This document shows positions 24,604-34,111 of a stretch of 64,000 nucleotides of DNA, piece by piece. Positions within the stretch are counted from its first letter, which is position 1. Each line of letters begins with the position of its first letter. A program made the position numbers and the translations under genes. The stretch comes from an uncultured virus (IMG/VR IMGVR_UViG_3300032093_000029) (lineage: Duplodnaviria; Heunggongvirae; Uroviricota; Caudoviricetes). The DNA lies in the IMG/VR virus record IMGVR_UViG_3300032093_000029; one strand, given 5' to 3'. A model generated the notes under the pieces. That model was not told where the DNA came from, searched no databases, and was given only the letters and a program-made list of their open reading frames with translations.

Positions 24604-25749
24604 TCACAGTTTAAAACCAGCAAAAGCGTCTTTCTTCAAATCTTGTTTAATACCACCAACAACATAAGATTCAACTTCCGTTTCTTGAGGTGCAACTTGA
24701 AGACCCTTAGAAGAAATCCAATGCTCAGTCCAAGGAAGAGGATTGTTCTTTGCGGGAATATCATAAAGTGTTTTCAAACCAATCGCCTTCATACGACGAT
24801 TTGCAATCCACTCAACATAGTTATTCAAAAGTTTGTCATTAAGACCAATCATTGAACCATCTTTGAACAAATACTTTGCCCAGGCCTTTTCTTCATTAAC
24901 ACAATTTTCAAATGCAGAAGTTACCCAAGGTTCTTCTTCTTTAGCAATTTGTTGCATTTCAGGATCATCTCCTTCACGCCACTTATTGAGGATGTTTTGA
25001 GTAATGACAAGGTGCTGATTTTCGTCTCTTGCGATGAGAGAGATAATTTTAGCGGATCCTTCCATAAGTTTGAGTTCACCAAACGCAAAGCTGCAAGCGA
25101 ACGAGACGTAAAACCTGATACCTTCGAGAATATTGACATTTGCGACAGCACGGTAAAGTTTTCTTTTAAGTTCAATACGTTCTTCTCTTGCATATCCAGC
25201 ACCCTCTTGTGCAAATTTCCATGCAGAGGAAGTACCGTATTCTTGTGCGGAATTGATAAAGTCATCATAAGCACCCGTGACATTTGTTGCACGACTCATA
25301 ATTTTTTCATCATCTAGAATTGTATCAAAAACTTCTGCAGGATCTGAATACACATTCTTAATAATGTATGTATATGAACGACTATGAATCATTTCCATAA
25401 ATCCCCACACTTCCATACAAGCCTCTAGTTCAGGAAGAGAACAGTATGGAATAAATGCCATACCAGGACCACGGCCTTGAACGGAATCAAGCATGATCTG
25501 ATACTTCAAGTTGGAAGTGAAAATATGTTTTTGTTCTGGACGAAGTTGTGCATAATCTGCACGATCCTTTTGGAGGGAGACCTCCTCAGGTCTCCAGAAA
25601 TACCCCAATTGTTGTTGAGTAAGTTTATCAAAAACTGGATACTTATAATGATCGTATCGTTGCAAACCTAGTGGTTGACCGAAGAACATTGGTTGTTTAC
25701 GAGTATCTACATCAGTACTCGTATTAAAAACTGTCATTCCTTGTACCAT
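24604..25749 (-). CDS. nrdB: ribonucleotide reductase class Ia beta subunit
   Basis: FWRPEE, DSVQGR, EMIHSRSY, RDENQH, APQETE. Confidence 0.97.
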   Translation of the reverse strand: MVQGMTVFNTSTDVDTRKQPMFFGQPLGLQRYDHYKYPVFDKLTQQQLGYFWRPEEVSLQKDRADYAQLRPEQKHIFTSNLKYQIMLDSVQGRGPGMAFIPYCSLPELEACMEVWGFMEMIHSRSYTYIIKNVYSDPAEVFDTILDDEKIMSRATNVTGAYDDFINSAQEYGTSSAWKFAQEGAGYAREERIELKRKLYRAVANVNILEGIRFYVSFACSFAFGELKLMEGSAKIISLIARDENQHLVITQNILNKWREGDDPEMQQIAKEEEPWVTSAFENCVNEEKAWAKYLFKDGSMIGLNDKLLNNYVEWIANRRMKAIGLKTLYDIPAKNNPLPWTEHWISSKGLQVAPQETEVESYVVGGIKQDLKKDAFAGFKL

Positions 25750-25768
25750 TTGAATCTCCTTGTCTTAA

Positions 25769-28078
25769 TTAAATTTTGCAACTTTCACAATCTTCTTCGC
25801 TAGAAGACATAATTTCATCTAGTAGTTTATCCAACTGTTGTCTGGTAGTGTCCTCTTTTACTTCATCAGTTTTATGATCATATGTATTTTGATAGTATGA
25901 AGTCTTCCATCCATACTTATATGTTCTCAATAGATCACTAGCCATTACTGATGTTGGAACTTCGTTGTCTGGATAGTTTTCTGGGTTGTAGGACCAGTTT
26001 CCACTGATGGCTTGGTCAAAAAACTTTTGCATGACGGCAACGATGTTAATATAACCAGTGTTATCAGACATGTCCCATAGAAGAGTATAATTGTTTTTGA
26101 GTGATCCATATTGGGGAACAATTTGTTTGAGAGGACCTTTCTTTGATTTTTTAATAGACAAATATCCTCTTGGTGGTTCAATTCCATTTGTTGCGTTTGA
26201 CACAACGGAACTGCTCTCCGATGGCATCTGTGCGGACAGTGTTGAGTGTCGTAGTCCAAATGTTTGAATCTCGGAACGTAGAGTTTCCCAATCATGTTGG
26301 TAAGGAATAGAAGAAATTTCGTCTACGTCCCTCTTATAGGTATCAATGGGAAGTAAACCATCATGATATTTTGTACGGTTAAAATCTGTACAAGCACCTT
26401 TTTCTTTTGCAATTTGATTAGATGACTTCAAGAGATAATATTGGAAAGACTCCGTAAGTTCATGAATCAAATCCCAAGCCTCTTGGGAATCATACTTAAA
26501 TCCATGACGTGCAAGATAATGTGCAAGTCCGATATAACCAACACCAAGAGATCTACGAGCCTTAGTTGCAAGTTCTGCAGCACGGACAGGATACTCTTGA
26601 TAATCAATTAGTTCCTCAAGACCACGAACAGAAAGATCACAAAGTTCTTCCATTTCATCAACATGTTTGATCTTGCCGATATTAATGGCAGAAAGAATAC
26701 ATAGAGCAATTTCACCATCAACATCGTCGATATGTTGGATTGGATCTGTAGGAAGAGTAATTTCCTGACACAGGTTACTCATCCATACTTTATCAATAAA
26801 TGAACTATGAGAATTACAATGATCGATATTCATAATGTAAATACGACCAGTCTCTGCACGTTCTTTGAGAATATCTAGAATAAGTTCCTGAGCTCGGACA
26901 GTTTTTCTTGGAATAGACTGATCTCGTTCTGCAGCCACATAGAGATCATCAAACTCAGGAAGCCCGAAAGCATCAGAAACTGACGGAACATCGTGAGGTG
27001 AGAAGAGGGACATTTCCTCATCATTAATGAATCTTTCATAAAAGAGTTTGGAGAATTGAATCGAATAGTCTAGTTTACGTACACGATTATCTTCAGTACC
27101 TTTATTATTTTTCAGTACGATAATATCTTCTATTTCTTTGTGCCAGATTGGGAAGTGGACAGTTGCTGATCCACCTCTGATGCCATTTTGAGTGCAGCAT
27201 CGGACAGTTGCTTCAAACTTTTTGAGGAAAGGGACAACACCTGTGTGCTGAACTTCTCCACCTCTGATTTTACTGTTGATACCACGGATTCTACCTGCGT
27301 TGATGCCGATTCCCGCCCTTTGTGCAACGTATCGACCAATAGCCATATCAGAGCTAAAGATAGAATCGAGGGTGTCATCAACATCAACAAGAACACAACT
27401 AGCAAATTGTCTAAGTGGAGTTCGCACTCCCGCCATGATGGGAGTGGGGATGTTGATTTTGTGTTTGGAGATTGCATTGTAGTATCTACGGACGTAATCC
27501 AGTCTAGTTTCTTTTGAATATTCTGCAAAAATTGTCGCAGAAATCAACATATACATGTATTGTGGAGTTTCGTAAAGATTAGAGGAACTCCTGTCTTGTA
27601 CCAAATACTTATCTACAACTTGACGAAGGCCGGCATAAGTAAACAAAAAATCTCGATCATGGTCAATCCACGAGTTGATTTTATCCCACTCCTCCGTAGA
27701 ATACTTTGCAGGGAGATGTTTATCATAAATTCCACTGCAAGCACCATGCATCAAGTGATCGTAGATGTGAGGAAATCCCTGATTCCATGAAGGACCGAAT
27801 ACCTGTTTGTAAAGTCCAAACAGAAGAAGTCTGGCCGCAACAAATTGGTAATTAGGGGTCTCAAGATCAATAAGATCGGATGCAGAACGAATCAAAATCT
27901 CTTGAATCTCTGCAGTGGTAATACCGTCATAGAACTGAATACCGGATTGCATTTCAACTTGAGATGCAGAAACTCCTGCAAGGCCTTCACAGGCACTCTC
28001 TACCATTTTATGAATCTTGTCCAGGTTCAGATGTTCAGTATTTCCGTTTCTTTTTACAACTTTAGTCCCGTTACTCAT
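25769..28078 (-). CDS. nrdA: ribonucleotide reductase class Ia alpha subunit
   Basis: ATP cone, QFASC, SNLCQEI, MPSESSS, C-terminal CESC. Confidence 0.97.
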   Translation of the reverse strand: MSNGTKVVKRNGNTEHLNLDKIHKMVESACEGLAGVSASQVEMQSGIQFYDGITTAEIQEILIRSASDLIDLETPNYQFVAARLLLFGLYKQVFGPSWNQGFPHIYDHLMHGACSGIYDKHLPAKYSTEEWDKINSWIDHDRDFLFTYAGLRQVVDKYLVQDRSSSNLYETPQYMYMLISATIFAEYSKETRLDYVRRYYNAISKHKINIPTPIMAGVRTPLRQFASCVLVDVDDTLDSIFSSDMAIGRYVAQRAGIGINAGRIRGINSKIRGGEVQHTGVVPFLKKFEATVRCCTQNGIRGGSATVHFPIWHKEIEDIIVLKNNKGTEDNRVRKLDYSIQFSKLFYERFINDEEMSLFSPHDVPSVSDAFGLPEFDDLYVAAERDQSIPRKTVRAQELILDILKERAETGRIYIMNIDHCNSHSSFIDKVWMSNLCQEITLPTDPIQHIDDVDGEIALCILSAINIGKIKHVDEMEELCDLSVRGLEELIDYQEYPVRAAELATKARRSLGVGYIGLAHYLARHGFKYDSQEAWDLIHELTESFQYYLLKSSNQIAKEKGACTDFNRTKYHDGLLPIDTYKRDVDEISSIPYQHDWETLRSEIQTFGLRHSTLSAQMPSESSSVVSNATNGIEPPRGYLSIKKSKKGPLKQIVPQYGSLKNNYTLLWDMSDNTGYINIVAVMQKFFDQAISGNWSYNPENYPDNEVPTSVMASDLLRTYKYGWKTSYYQNTYDHKTDEVKEDTTRQQLDKLLDEIMSSSEEDCESCKI

Positions 28079-29079
28079 GTTTTCTTCCAACTAGTAAGTT
28101 TTGTTTTAGCTTGTAATCCACTATAGACATTGGATTCTATCACAGATTGAACGTTAAGTCCAGATAAAATCATGTCATTGATATCTTTTTGTTGTATTGT
28201 ATCAGGCCAAATAACTATTGGAAATTTCCAATCTATCGCCTTCTCCATTCTATCAACAATTTGTTTGTTTCGTTTTTCATTATCATAAACCATGACAAAA
28301 TTAGTTTCAAAGTTTGTAATGAAAAAAGTCTTGTCTATATCTGCACCGACCATTGCGATAGAGTTATCGATAAACATACTATCAAAAGGTCCTTCTACAA
28401 TATAAACTGTTTTATTCCAGTCAACCTTATCCAAACCGTAGATCTTGGGGTGGTGGTCATCCAAAATAATTGTAATGTATTTTAATTTTGATTTTGGATT
28501 GAGCGATCTCCCCTGAAACCCGAATATCTTTCCATTATTCTTTAAGGGAATTATGATCCTTGGTTCATCATTATCTAAATTATCAAAAGTATATTTTTGA
28601 GAATTAGTCCATTCCTTGAACTTTTCGGCGAAATAAAGTTCGCCCAGATACTTACTCGGGATTCTTCGGTTGTCTAAAAATTGTCTTGCGGGGTGTGTTG
28701 TATTTAGTTCTGAAATTTTTGACAGATCAAAATCCTTTTGAACGAAAACTGGTTTTTCGAATTTGAAATCAACTGGTTCTGGGGTATTCGATCCTCTACC
28801 CGTGGCACCAGCCTTGTACCTCTCAAAGACGTATTGATCATGCAATGCGGGGTCAACATCCTTCAAGAAGTTTGTGAAGGTTCTGGAGACGCCACAGTTG
28901 TGACATTTGAAATTATGATCATTCTTCAGTTGATACAAATATCCCCTAGCTTTATTCTTATGTCTCTGCGAGTCACCGCAATAGGGGCATCGAAAGTTAT
29001 ATAAACCTACCTTTTTCTTTGCAAATTTTTGAAGTTTAACCGAAACTAATCCAATGTATTTGCTGTCAATAAGACTCAT
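28075..29079 (-). CDS. 61: DNA primase (T4 gp61)
   Basis: CPYCGDS...CHNC Zn finger, EGPFDS, DNE TOPRIM, KDINDM. Confidence 0.95.
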   Translation of the reverse strand: MSLIDSKYIGLVSVKLQKFAKKKVGLYNFRCPYCGDSQRHKNKARGYLYQLKNDHNFKCHNCGVSRTFTNFLKDVDPALHDQYVFERYKAGATGRGSNTPEPVDFKFEKPVFVQKDFDLSKISELNTTHPARQFLDNRRIPSKYLGELYFAEKFKEWTNSQKYTFDNLDNDEPRIIIPLKNNGKIFGFQGRSLNPKSKLKYITIILDDHHPKIYGLDKVDWNKTVYIVEGPFDSMFIDNSIAMVGADIDKTFFITNFETNFVMVYDNEKRNKQIVDRMEKAIDWKFPIVIWPDTIQQKDINDMILSGLNVQSVIESNVYSGLQAKTKLTSWKKT

Positions 29080-29504
29080 TTTTTAGTATTTTGGATCTGT
29101 GTTGATCCATTATACCCCTGTGAAGCCTTGCTTGTCAAGGAAGTTACTGTAGGAATTATTCCGATTAAGAAGACGGCAAAAGCAACCACTGCACTAATTT
29201 GCCATCTAAATCTAGATAACTCTTCCAATTTAACATTTATCTTATCAAACTTATCTGCAATTTGTTGATGTTCTTTATCGTTATCTTCCTTCATCTCATC
29301 AATCATCTTTACGATAAGATCATCATTCTTCATACTTTGTTCAATTCTCTCATCGTGTTTTGCAAGAATCGTAGCGATACGAGAATTACCTTCGGATATT
29401 TTATCAACCGCTGATTCTAACTTTGCAAGCATTTCGCGGGATAGGTCTTCATAAATACCGAGTTTAGATTCAAGAACCGCCAGCTTTGATTCTTGGGAAA
29501 ACAT
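29076..29504 (-). CDS. coiled-coil protein with C-terminal TM
   Basis: Heptad region then RFRWQ plus hydrophobic helix. Confidence 0.75.
   Translation of the reverse strand: MFSQESKLAVLESKLGIYEDLSREMLAKLESAVDKISEGNSRIATILAKHDERIEQSMKNDDLIVKMIDEMKEDNDKEHQQIADKFDKINVKLEELSRFRWQISAVVAFAVFLIGIIPTVTSLTSKASQGYNGSTQIQNTKK
29109..29138 (-). promoter_or_regulatory. sigma70-type promoter for primase/nrdAB
   Basis: TTGACA-18 bp-TATAAT inside the upstream gene end. Confidence 0.7.
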
Positions 29505-29505
29505 T

Positions 29506-29730
29506 TTACTTTCTCTTTTTCTTAAAAGATCTTAAAAGTTTACTATATGATGGTGGTAATCTTCTCATAATTTTAGATCTACCATCAGGAATACCTATGA
29601 TTGGGTCAAATCCAGCAACCGGTCCTTTTGGATCTGCGGAACCCGTAAACCCTCCAGTACCAACAACCATACCTTCTTCCATAAGATTTTTGATAATCTT
29701 AATTGAATTTTGTAGAATGTGGTCTTTCAT
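29506..29730 (-). CDS. hypothetical protein
   Basis: GFTGSADPKGPVAGFDP motif. Confidence 0.65.
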   Translation of the reverse strand: MKDHILQNSIKIIKNLMEEGMVVGTGGFTGSADPKGPVAGFDPIIGIPDGRSKIMRRLPPSYSKLLRSFKKKRK

Positions 29731-30098
29731 ATTCGATTTAACTCTCTTAGACAATCTTCATCTGAAGGTACTTGATGTAATGCTGATACTGGATATTCAG
29801 GAAGTCTTCCGAGATATACTACAAAACTTTTAACAACAGGCCACAAATCTCGATCTATTTTAAAAAATAATAACGGAGTAGTAGCTTCCCCAAAAACATT
29901 ATAAAGAATAATAAAGTGATTTATAAGTAGATGAGACTTCAAAATACCAGTACTTTTATACCTTTTTAGAAGTCTCTTTATCCACTTAAATCTTTTTAAG
30001 TCTTCATAAAAATCATCTTGCGTTACCGCATGAGGATTTTCATAATGTTTTATTGCAAACATTATATAATTATCTTCGTTCAACTCATCAAATCTCAT
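29727..30098 (-). CDS. conserved T4-like hypothetical protein
   Basis: YENP...EDLKRFKWIKRL...NHFIILYNVFG. Confidence 0.8.
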   Translation of the reverse strand: MRFDELNEDNYIMFAIKHYENPHAVTQDDFYEDLKRFKWIKRLLKRYKSTGILKSHLLINHFIILYNVFGEATTPLLFFKIDRDLWPVVKSFVVYLGRLPEYPVSALHQVPSDEDCLRELNRI

Positions 30099-30113
30099 AA
30101 TCTATTACAACTA

Positions 30114-30677
30114 TCAAGTGGTTGTAACGCCAACAGTGGTTGTGATTCCACTACCACCAGCACCAGTTACTTCGGTGGAAACAAAGATCTTATCGGAAGC
30201 GACTGAAGTTGAAGTATCAGTGATAACACCAACGATTGTTTGACCAGGAATTACAAGAGTTTCTGCAACGGCACCTGTCGTAAATGCAAATCCAACGGTC
30301 TTGTTTGCAGTAGCTGTAGTAGCGTAAGCAACTAAAGTACCAGAAACTGAACCAGTTACGTTAAGGGTAGCAGCTAGATTCTTAACATCTACTTTCTCGT
30401 TGTACTGAACATAAACGGTTCCAGTAGAAGATGTTGAATATCCAGTTGCACCAAAGTATACGCGAACGATAGTTGCGTTACCAAGACCAGCAGTTGTACT
30501 ACCAGCACCAGCTAGTCCACCGATTGCACAAAGCACCTCTTCATTACCATCTGCGTGTCTGATAACCCAACCTCTTTCATCAGCAAAACACTCATTGAGA
30601 TCATTAGCTGGTTTATCGCCTGCGCGTAACCACTTAGGTCTTGATTCGTCTGAAGTAGAATTTCCCCAAAGAGGCAT
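30114..30677 (-). CDS. virion structural protein
   Basis: MPLWG start, RGWV, EVL motif; late promoter TATAAATA about 30712. Confidence 0.7.
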   Translation of the reverse strand: MPLWGNSTSDESRPKWLRAGDKPANDLNECFADERGWVIRHADGNEEVLCAIGGLAGAGSTTAGLGNATIVRVYFGATGYSTSSTGTVYVQYNEKVDVKNLAATLNVTGSVSGTLVAYATTATANKTVGFAFTTGAVAETLVIPGQTIVGVITDTSTSVASDKIFVSTEVTGAGGSGITTTVGVTTT

Positions 30678-30892
30678 CGGTTTTCTCCAAATTATGTTCT
30701 TATCTAAATCTTATTTATAAAAAAATAGACCCTAGTTTTTAGGGCCTTTGTTAAGAACTGTTCTCAAAAACAATTGAACAAAATCTAAAATTCCATTTGC
30801 CTCAGTTCTTTTTGTTTTGGATAACCATTCAGATATAGATAAGAGCAATCCAAGAAAAATGGTAACTCCCCAATTAGTTACTAAACAAGTAA

Positions 30893-31075
30893 TCATGCTT
30901 CAGTCTCTTCCGGTTTGAAGAGAAGAATTTTGACTGTCTGTAGAATTTGATCATCAATACTGTTATCTGTTGATTTCACATATTTTTCAAGAAGAGAAAT
31001 AACGAGATTTTTAACTGCTGGATGTGTAGCGATTTGTAGAAGAACTGGTTTTACTACGGCAACAACTGCTCCCAT
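30893..31075 (-). CDS. hypothetical protein
   Basis: STDNSIDD motif; start reset to MGAVV. Confidence 0.65.
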   Translation of the reverse strand: MGAVVAVVKPVLLQIATHPAVKNLVISLLEKYVKSTDNSIDDQILQTVKILLFKPEETEA

Positions 31076-31103
31076 GATGACCTCTATGTATAGGCAGCCG
31101 TAT

Positions 31104-31799
31104 TTATAATTTTTGTTCAAAAAATTTAGGATCTATTTCTTGCAATTCATCTTTGACTTGAAAAACGACGTTAATCATTTTTCTATCATATAAAGAATTC
31201 CTTGAACTTACAAAATGCCATCCAGAAGGCGTGTGGGGAAGAATGACATTTCTATTTTGAATATATCTACACCTAACAACATCACACATCGTATTATCTT
31301 TTTTTAAGTTAGTAATATGAATATTTCCTTCTGAACATGTATCATCTGGATGTTTGAAATAGACCATACTTTGAAATATCTTTTTCTGATCATCTACATG
31401 AACTTCCATTCCATTCTTACCAACAATTTCCTTATCAATGAGAAATATAAAATTGTATTGCACGTCCGAATTACTATTTGAATCCCCGTAAGTGTAGTTT
31501 CCAGACTTTATTTTTTCAAAAAGTTTTGGTCTCCATTTCAAAAAAACATCTTCCATGAGATAAAATGTAGACTCAAAATATTTTTTACTAATGTGATATT
31601 CTATAAAAGTTTTCCATTGGACATTAAATTCCATATCACTCAATAAAGAAACTTGATATTGCAATGATTCATTATTGGTATATGGAATCATACTAGATTT
31701 AGTTGGAAATGATCTTTCCAACTGTTCATAATTATCACAGTAATCATCATAAACTAGTAGTGGACTTGGAAACTTAATATACTCAACTAGTTTTGCCAT
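31104..31799 (-). CDS. 2OG-Fe(II) oxygenase-like protein
   Basis: HVD...WHFV...R jelly-roll triad. Confidence 0.7.
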   Translation of the reverse strand: MAKLVEYIKFPSPLLVYDDYCDNYEQLERSFPTKSSMIPYTNNESLQYQVSLLSDMEFNVQWKTFIEYHISKKYFESTFYLMEDVFLKWRPKLFEKIKSGNYTYGDSNSNSDVQYNFIFLIDKEIVGKNGMEVHVDDQKKIFQSMVYFKHPDDTCSEGNIHITNLKKDNTMCDVVRCRYIQNRNVILPHTPSGWHFVSSRNSLYDRKMINVVFQVKDELQEIDPKFFEQKL

Positions 31800-32205
31800 T
31801 ACGTCGTGATTTCAATAAATCAAAATCTTTTGCTTTTGTTCCACCATCATATTCCCATGCATAACCCTCATTAATCATCTGAGTATTTAAAGAAATTTCT
31901 TCTCCATTAATAAACAGATGTCCAATAATTCTACCATATTTTTCTGTAGAATCCGGAAGTTCGGTCTTGATAATAATATCTTTAGCAAATTCCAATCTAT
32001 TCTTCAACCAATCTTTTGATTGTAATCCTAGTTTCTTTTCACTCGCATCAGTGGTACGACTTTCAGGAGTATCAATCCCAGCAAGCCGAATGCGTTTAGT
32101 GAGAGATATGTCAAAACCCAAATCAATATCAGCGTCAATAGTGTCCCCATCGACTACCTTATGGACTGAGCGAATACGGTATATGTATGGATCTTTATTT
32201 GACAT
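31783..32205 (-). CDS. thermonuclease (SNase) family protein
   Basis: VVDGDTID, IRLAGIDTPE, KYGRIIG. Confidence 0.92.
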   Translation of the reverse strand: MSNKDPYIYRIRSVHKVVDGDTIDADIDLGFDISLTKRIRLAGIDTPESRTTDASEKKLGLQSKDWLKNRLEFAKDIIIKTELPDSTEKYGRIIGHLFINGEEISLNTQMINEGYAWEYDGGTKAKDFDLLKSRRNGKTS

Positions 32206-32417
32206 TAGAAAGGAAACTTAATACTCCCAGTATTTAGTTTGGGAATTGGTAGTTTTTCGAATGCCTTAGTAACTTGTTTTTCTACAACAGCACCAACAAA
32301 CTGTTCTGGATTGTCAAGAATCTTTTGTGCCTTTTGATATGTAATATATGCTCCTACGCCAATTGCGGTACTAATACTCAGACTTGTCAGGGATAGAATT
32401 AGACTTAAATGTTTCAT
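32205..32417 (-). CDS. hypothetical membrane protein
   Basis: N-terminal hydrophobic helix. Confidence 0.65.
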   Translation of the reverse strand: MKHLSLILSLTSLSISTAIGVGAYITYQKAQKILDNPEQFVGAVVEKQVTKAFEKLPIPKLNTGSIKFPF

Positions 32418-32519
32418 CTTTCATTTCCTCATGAGCTAACCGAAGTATATAGTAAATTACATATGCAGTAAAGATAAGTCCAGACCCAAGTATAATCAAT
32501 ACACCCCAAGGAAACTCAC

Positions 32520-33794
32520 TCATCTCTGTTCCAACCAGTTCATAATTGCAAGTGCTGCTTTGTTAGCGTTAGGTGAGGCACATACGAGAGTGTAAATATC
32601 ACTAATTGTTCCAATACCACTTCTACCAACTTGTAGTTGTGCTTTGTCATCAATGACTATCTGACTTCCACCACCACCAACAACAAATCCACTTAAAAGA
32701 ACTCTTCCACCAGTGAAAGAAGTTGCAGTTGTATCATATTGAGTAATTGCATCTGGGTTTGCGTGATCAGTAAATGCTGCACCGACTAGAGTTGGGTTCT
32801 CAACTAGTCTCCAGAAGATGTTAGTATTATCATTAGTAGATACTTGAAGTGACCTTGGAATTACAACACCACTCAACATATTTGATTTAAGACGAATACT
32901 AAGAACTGGATAATAAGTATTCGCAACAGACATCGTAGTTCCAGTAAGAGCATTGCCCTGACTGACAAGAGTTCCAAGTTTTTCTGGTTCTCCTTCCTGA
33001 ATAAGAGAATTAGAACCCTGATAAAGGTAATGAGTTCCTGCAACACCAGTTACATTTTCAATTTCACAACGAATTGGTAGGAATGGAGTAGAACACCAAA
33101 CATATGGATTGGTATTTGAGTTATCAAATGTATGACTATGAATTGTTTCATTCTTCATTAACCAATTAAACTGAACAATTCCTGCACCATACCATTCATA
33201 GTTAATTGAAATCATTTGTTGTTTTGTTGGATCTGCAACAACACCTGTATATCCATCACCACCAAACTTTTCACCATTCCAATTATCTCTGGTTACTCTA
33301 GTTTCTGTAGTAATTCCAGATGTACTACTGCGAATTACATATGAATATGTTCCACCATCGTCCTCAAAGTATGCACCGTTATAGTCATCAAACAGTCCAA
33401 ATCTTCTGCGAATTCCTACCTTTGGTTCTTCAAGACGAATAGCAAATGCAAGAGTTGCACCCCTACCAGGAATGTATCTCATTACAGTCCTAGTTTGACG
33501 AATGACTTTACTCCCTGCAGTAGATCCAACTTGCATCACTACATTACTGGATGATGCGTTGTGATATGCAGTTCCAACTCCAACTATTCTTTCATCCCAT
33601 ACATCACTCTCTTTTCCGTACTGGAAAGTATTAAAGAAGACTGTTTGGTACGGAGCAACTTTAAGTCTGTTGTTATTAGAAAACTGAGGTCTCCAGTCTG
33701 TCTGGTTTCCCCAGTGATCTGCAATATTAAAAACTTCAAAGAGACTTCTCTCTTGATTTAGATAGTCCTGTTCATTCTTATTCCACTGAGCCAT
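32520..33794 (-). CDS. putative virion structural protein
   Basis: RYIPGR, WNGEK, YEWYGAG, PFLPIR beta-rich motifs. Confidence 0.7.
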   Translation of the reverse strand: MAQWNKNEQDYLNQERSLFEVFNIADHWGNQTDWRPQFSNNNRLKVAPYQTVFFNTFQYGKESDVWDERIVGVGTAYHNASSSNVVMQVGSTAGSKVIRQTRTVMRYIPGRGATLAFAIRLEEPKVGIRRRFGLFDDYNGAYFEDDGGTYSYVIRSSTSGITTETRVTRDNWNGEKFGGDGYTGVVADPTKQQMISINYEWYGAGIVQFNWLMKNETIHSHTFDNSNTNPYVWCSTPFLPIRCEIENVTGVAGTHYLYQGSNSLIQEGEPEKLGTLVSQGNALTGTTMSVANTYYPVLSIRLKSNMLSGVVIPRSLQVSTNDNTNIFWRLVENPTLVGAAFTDHANPDAITQYDTTATSFTGGRVLLSGFVVGGGGSQIVIDDKAQLQVGRSGIGTISDIYTLVCASPNANKAALAIMNWLEQR

Positions 33795-34111
33795 TATTCA
33801 CTCCAAGATAGTCTTTCTGGTTGATACCTCTGAGTATTCTTAATTTTTAAAGAACTTTGAGATTGTGATGGATAAATGTTATGAACGATTGCTCCAGGAT
33901 ACTCACTCTGAAGTTGTTCAGCGAGAGCGTTCTTATCCATCATAGAACCCTCTACTTCCAAACGATACATCTTTCCTTCCCAAACTACATCAGCAAAGAA
34001 AGACTCTCCTACTGGTTCTGATTGTGGTTCGGAACCATTGATATAAAGGTTTCCGTTGAAGTCACCAGCAATGTTAATTGCTTCCGATAAAAATTGATTG
34101 AATGATTTCAT
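33794..34111 (-). CDS. hypothetical protein with capsid-targeting-like N-terminus
   Basis: Starts MKSFNQFLSEA. Confidence 0.7.
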   Translation of the reverse strand: MKSFNQFLSEAINIAGDFNGNLYINGSEPQSEPVGESFFADVVWEGKMYRLEVEGSMMDKNALAEQLQSEYPGAIVHNIYPSQSQSSLKIKNTQRYQPERLSWSE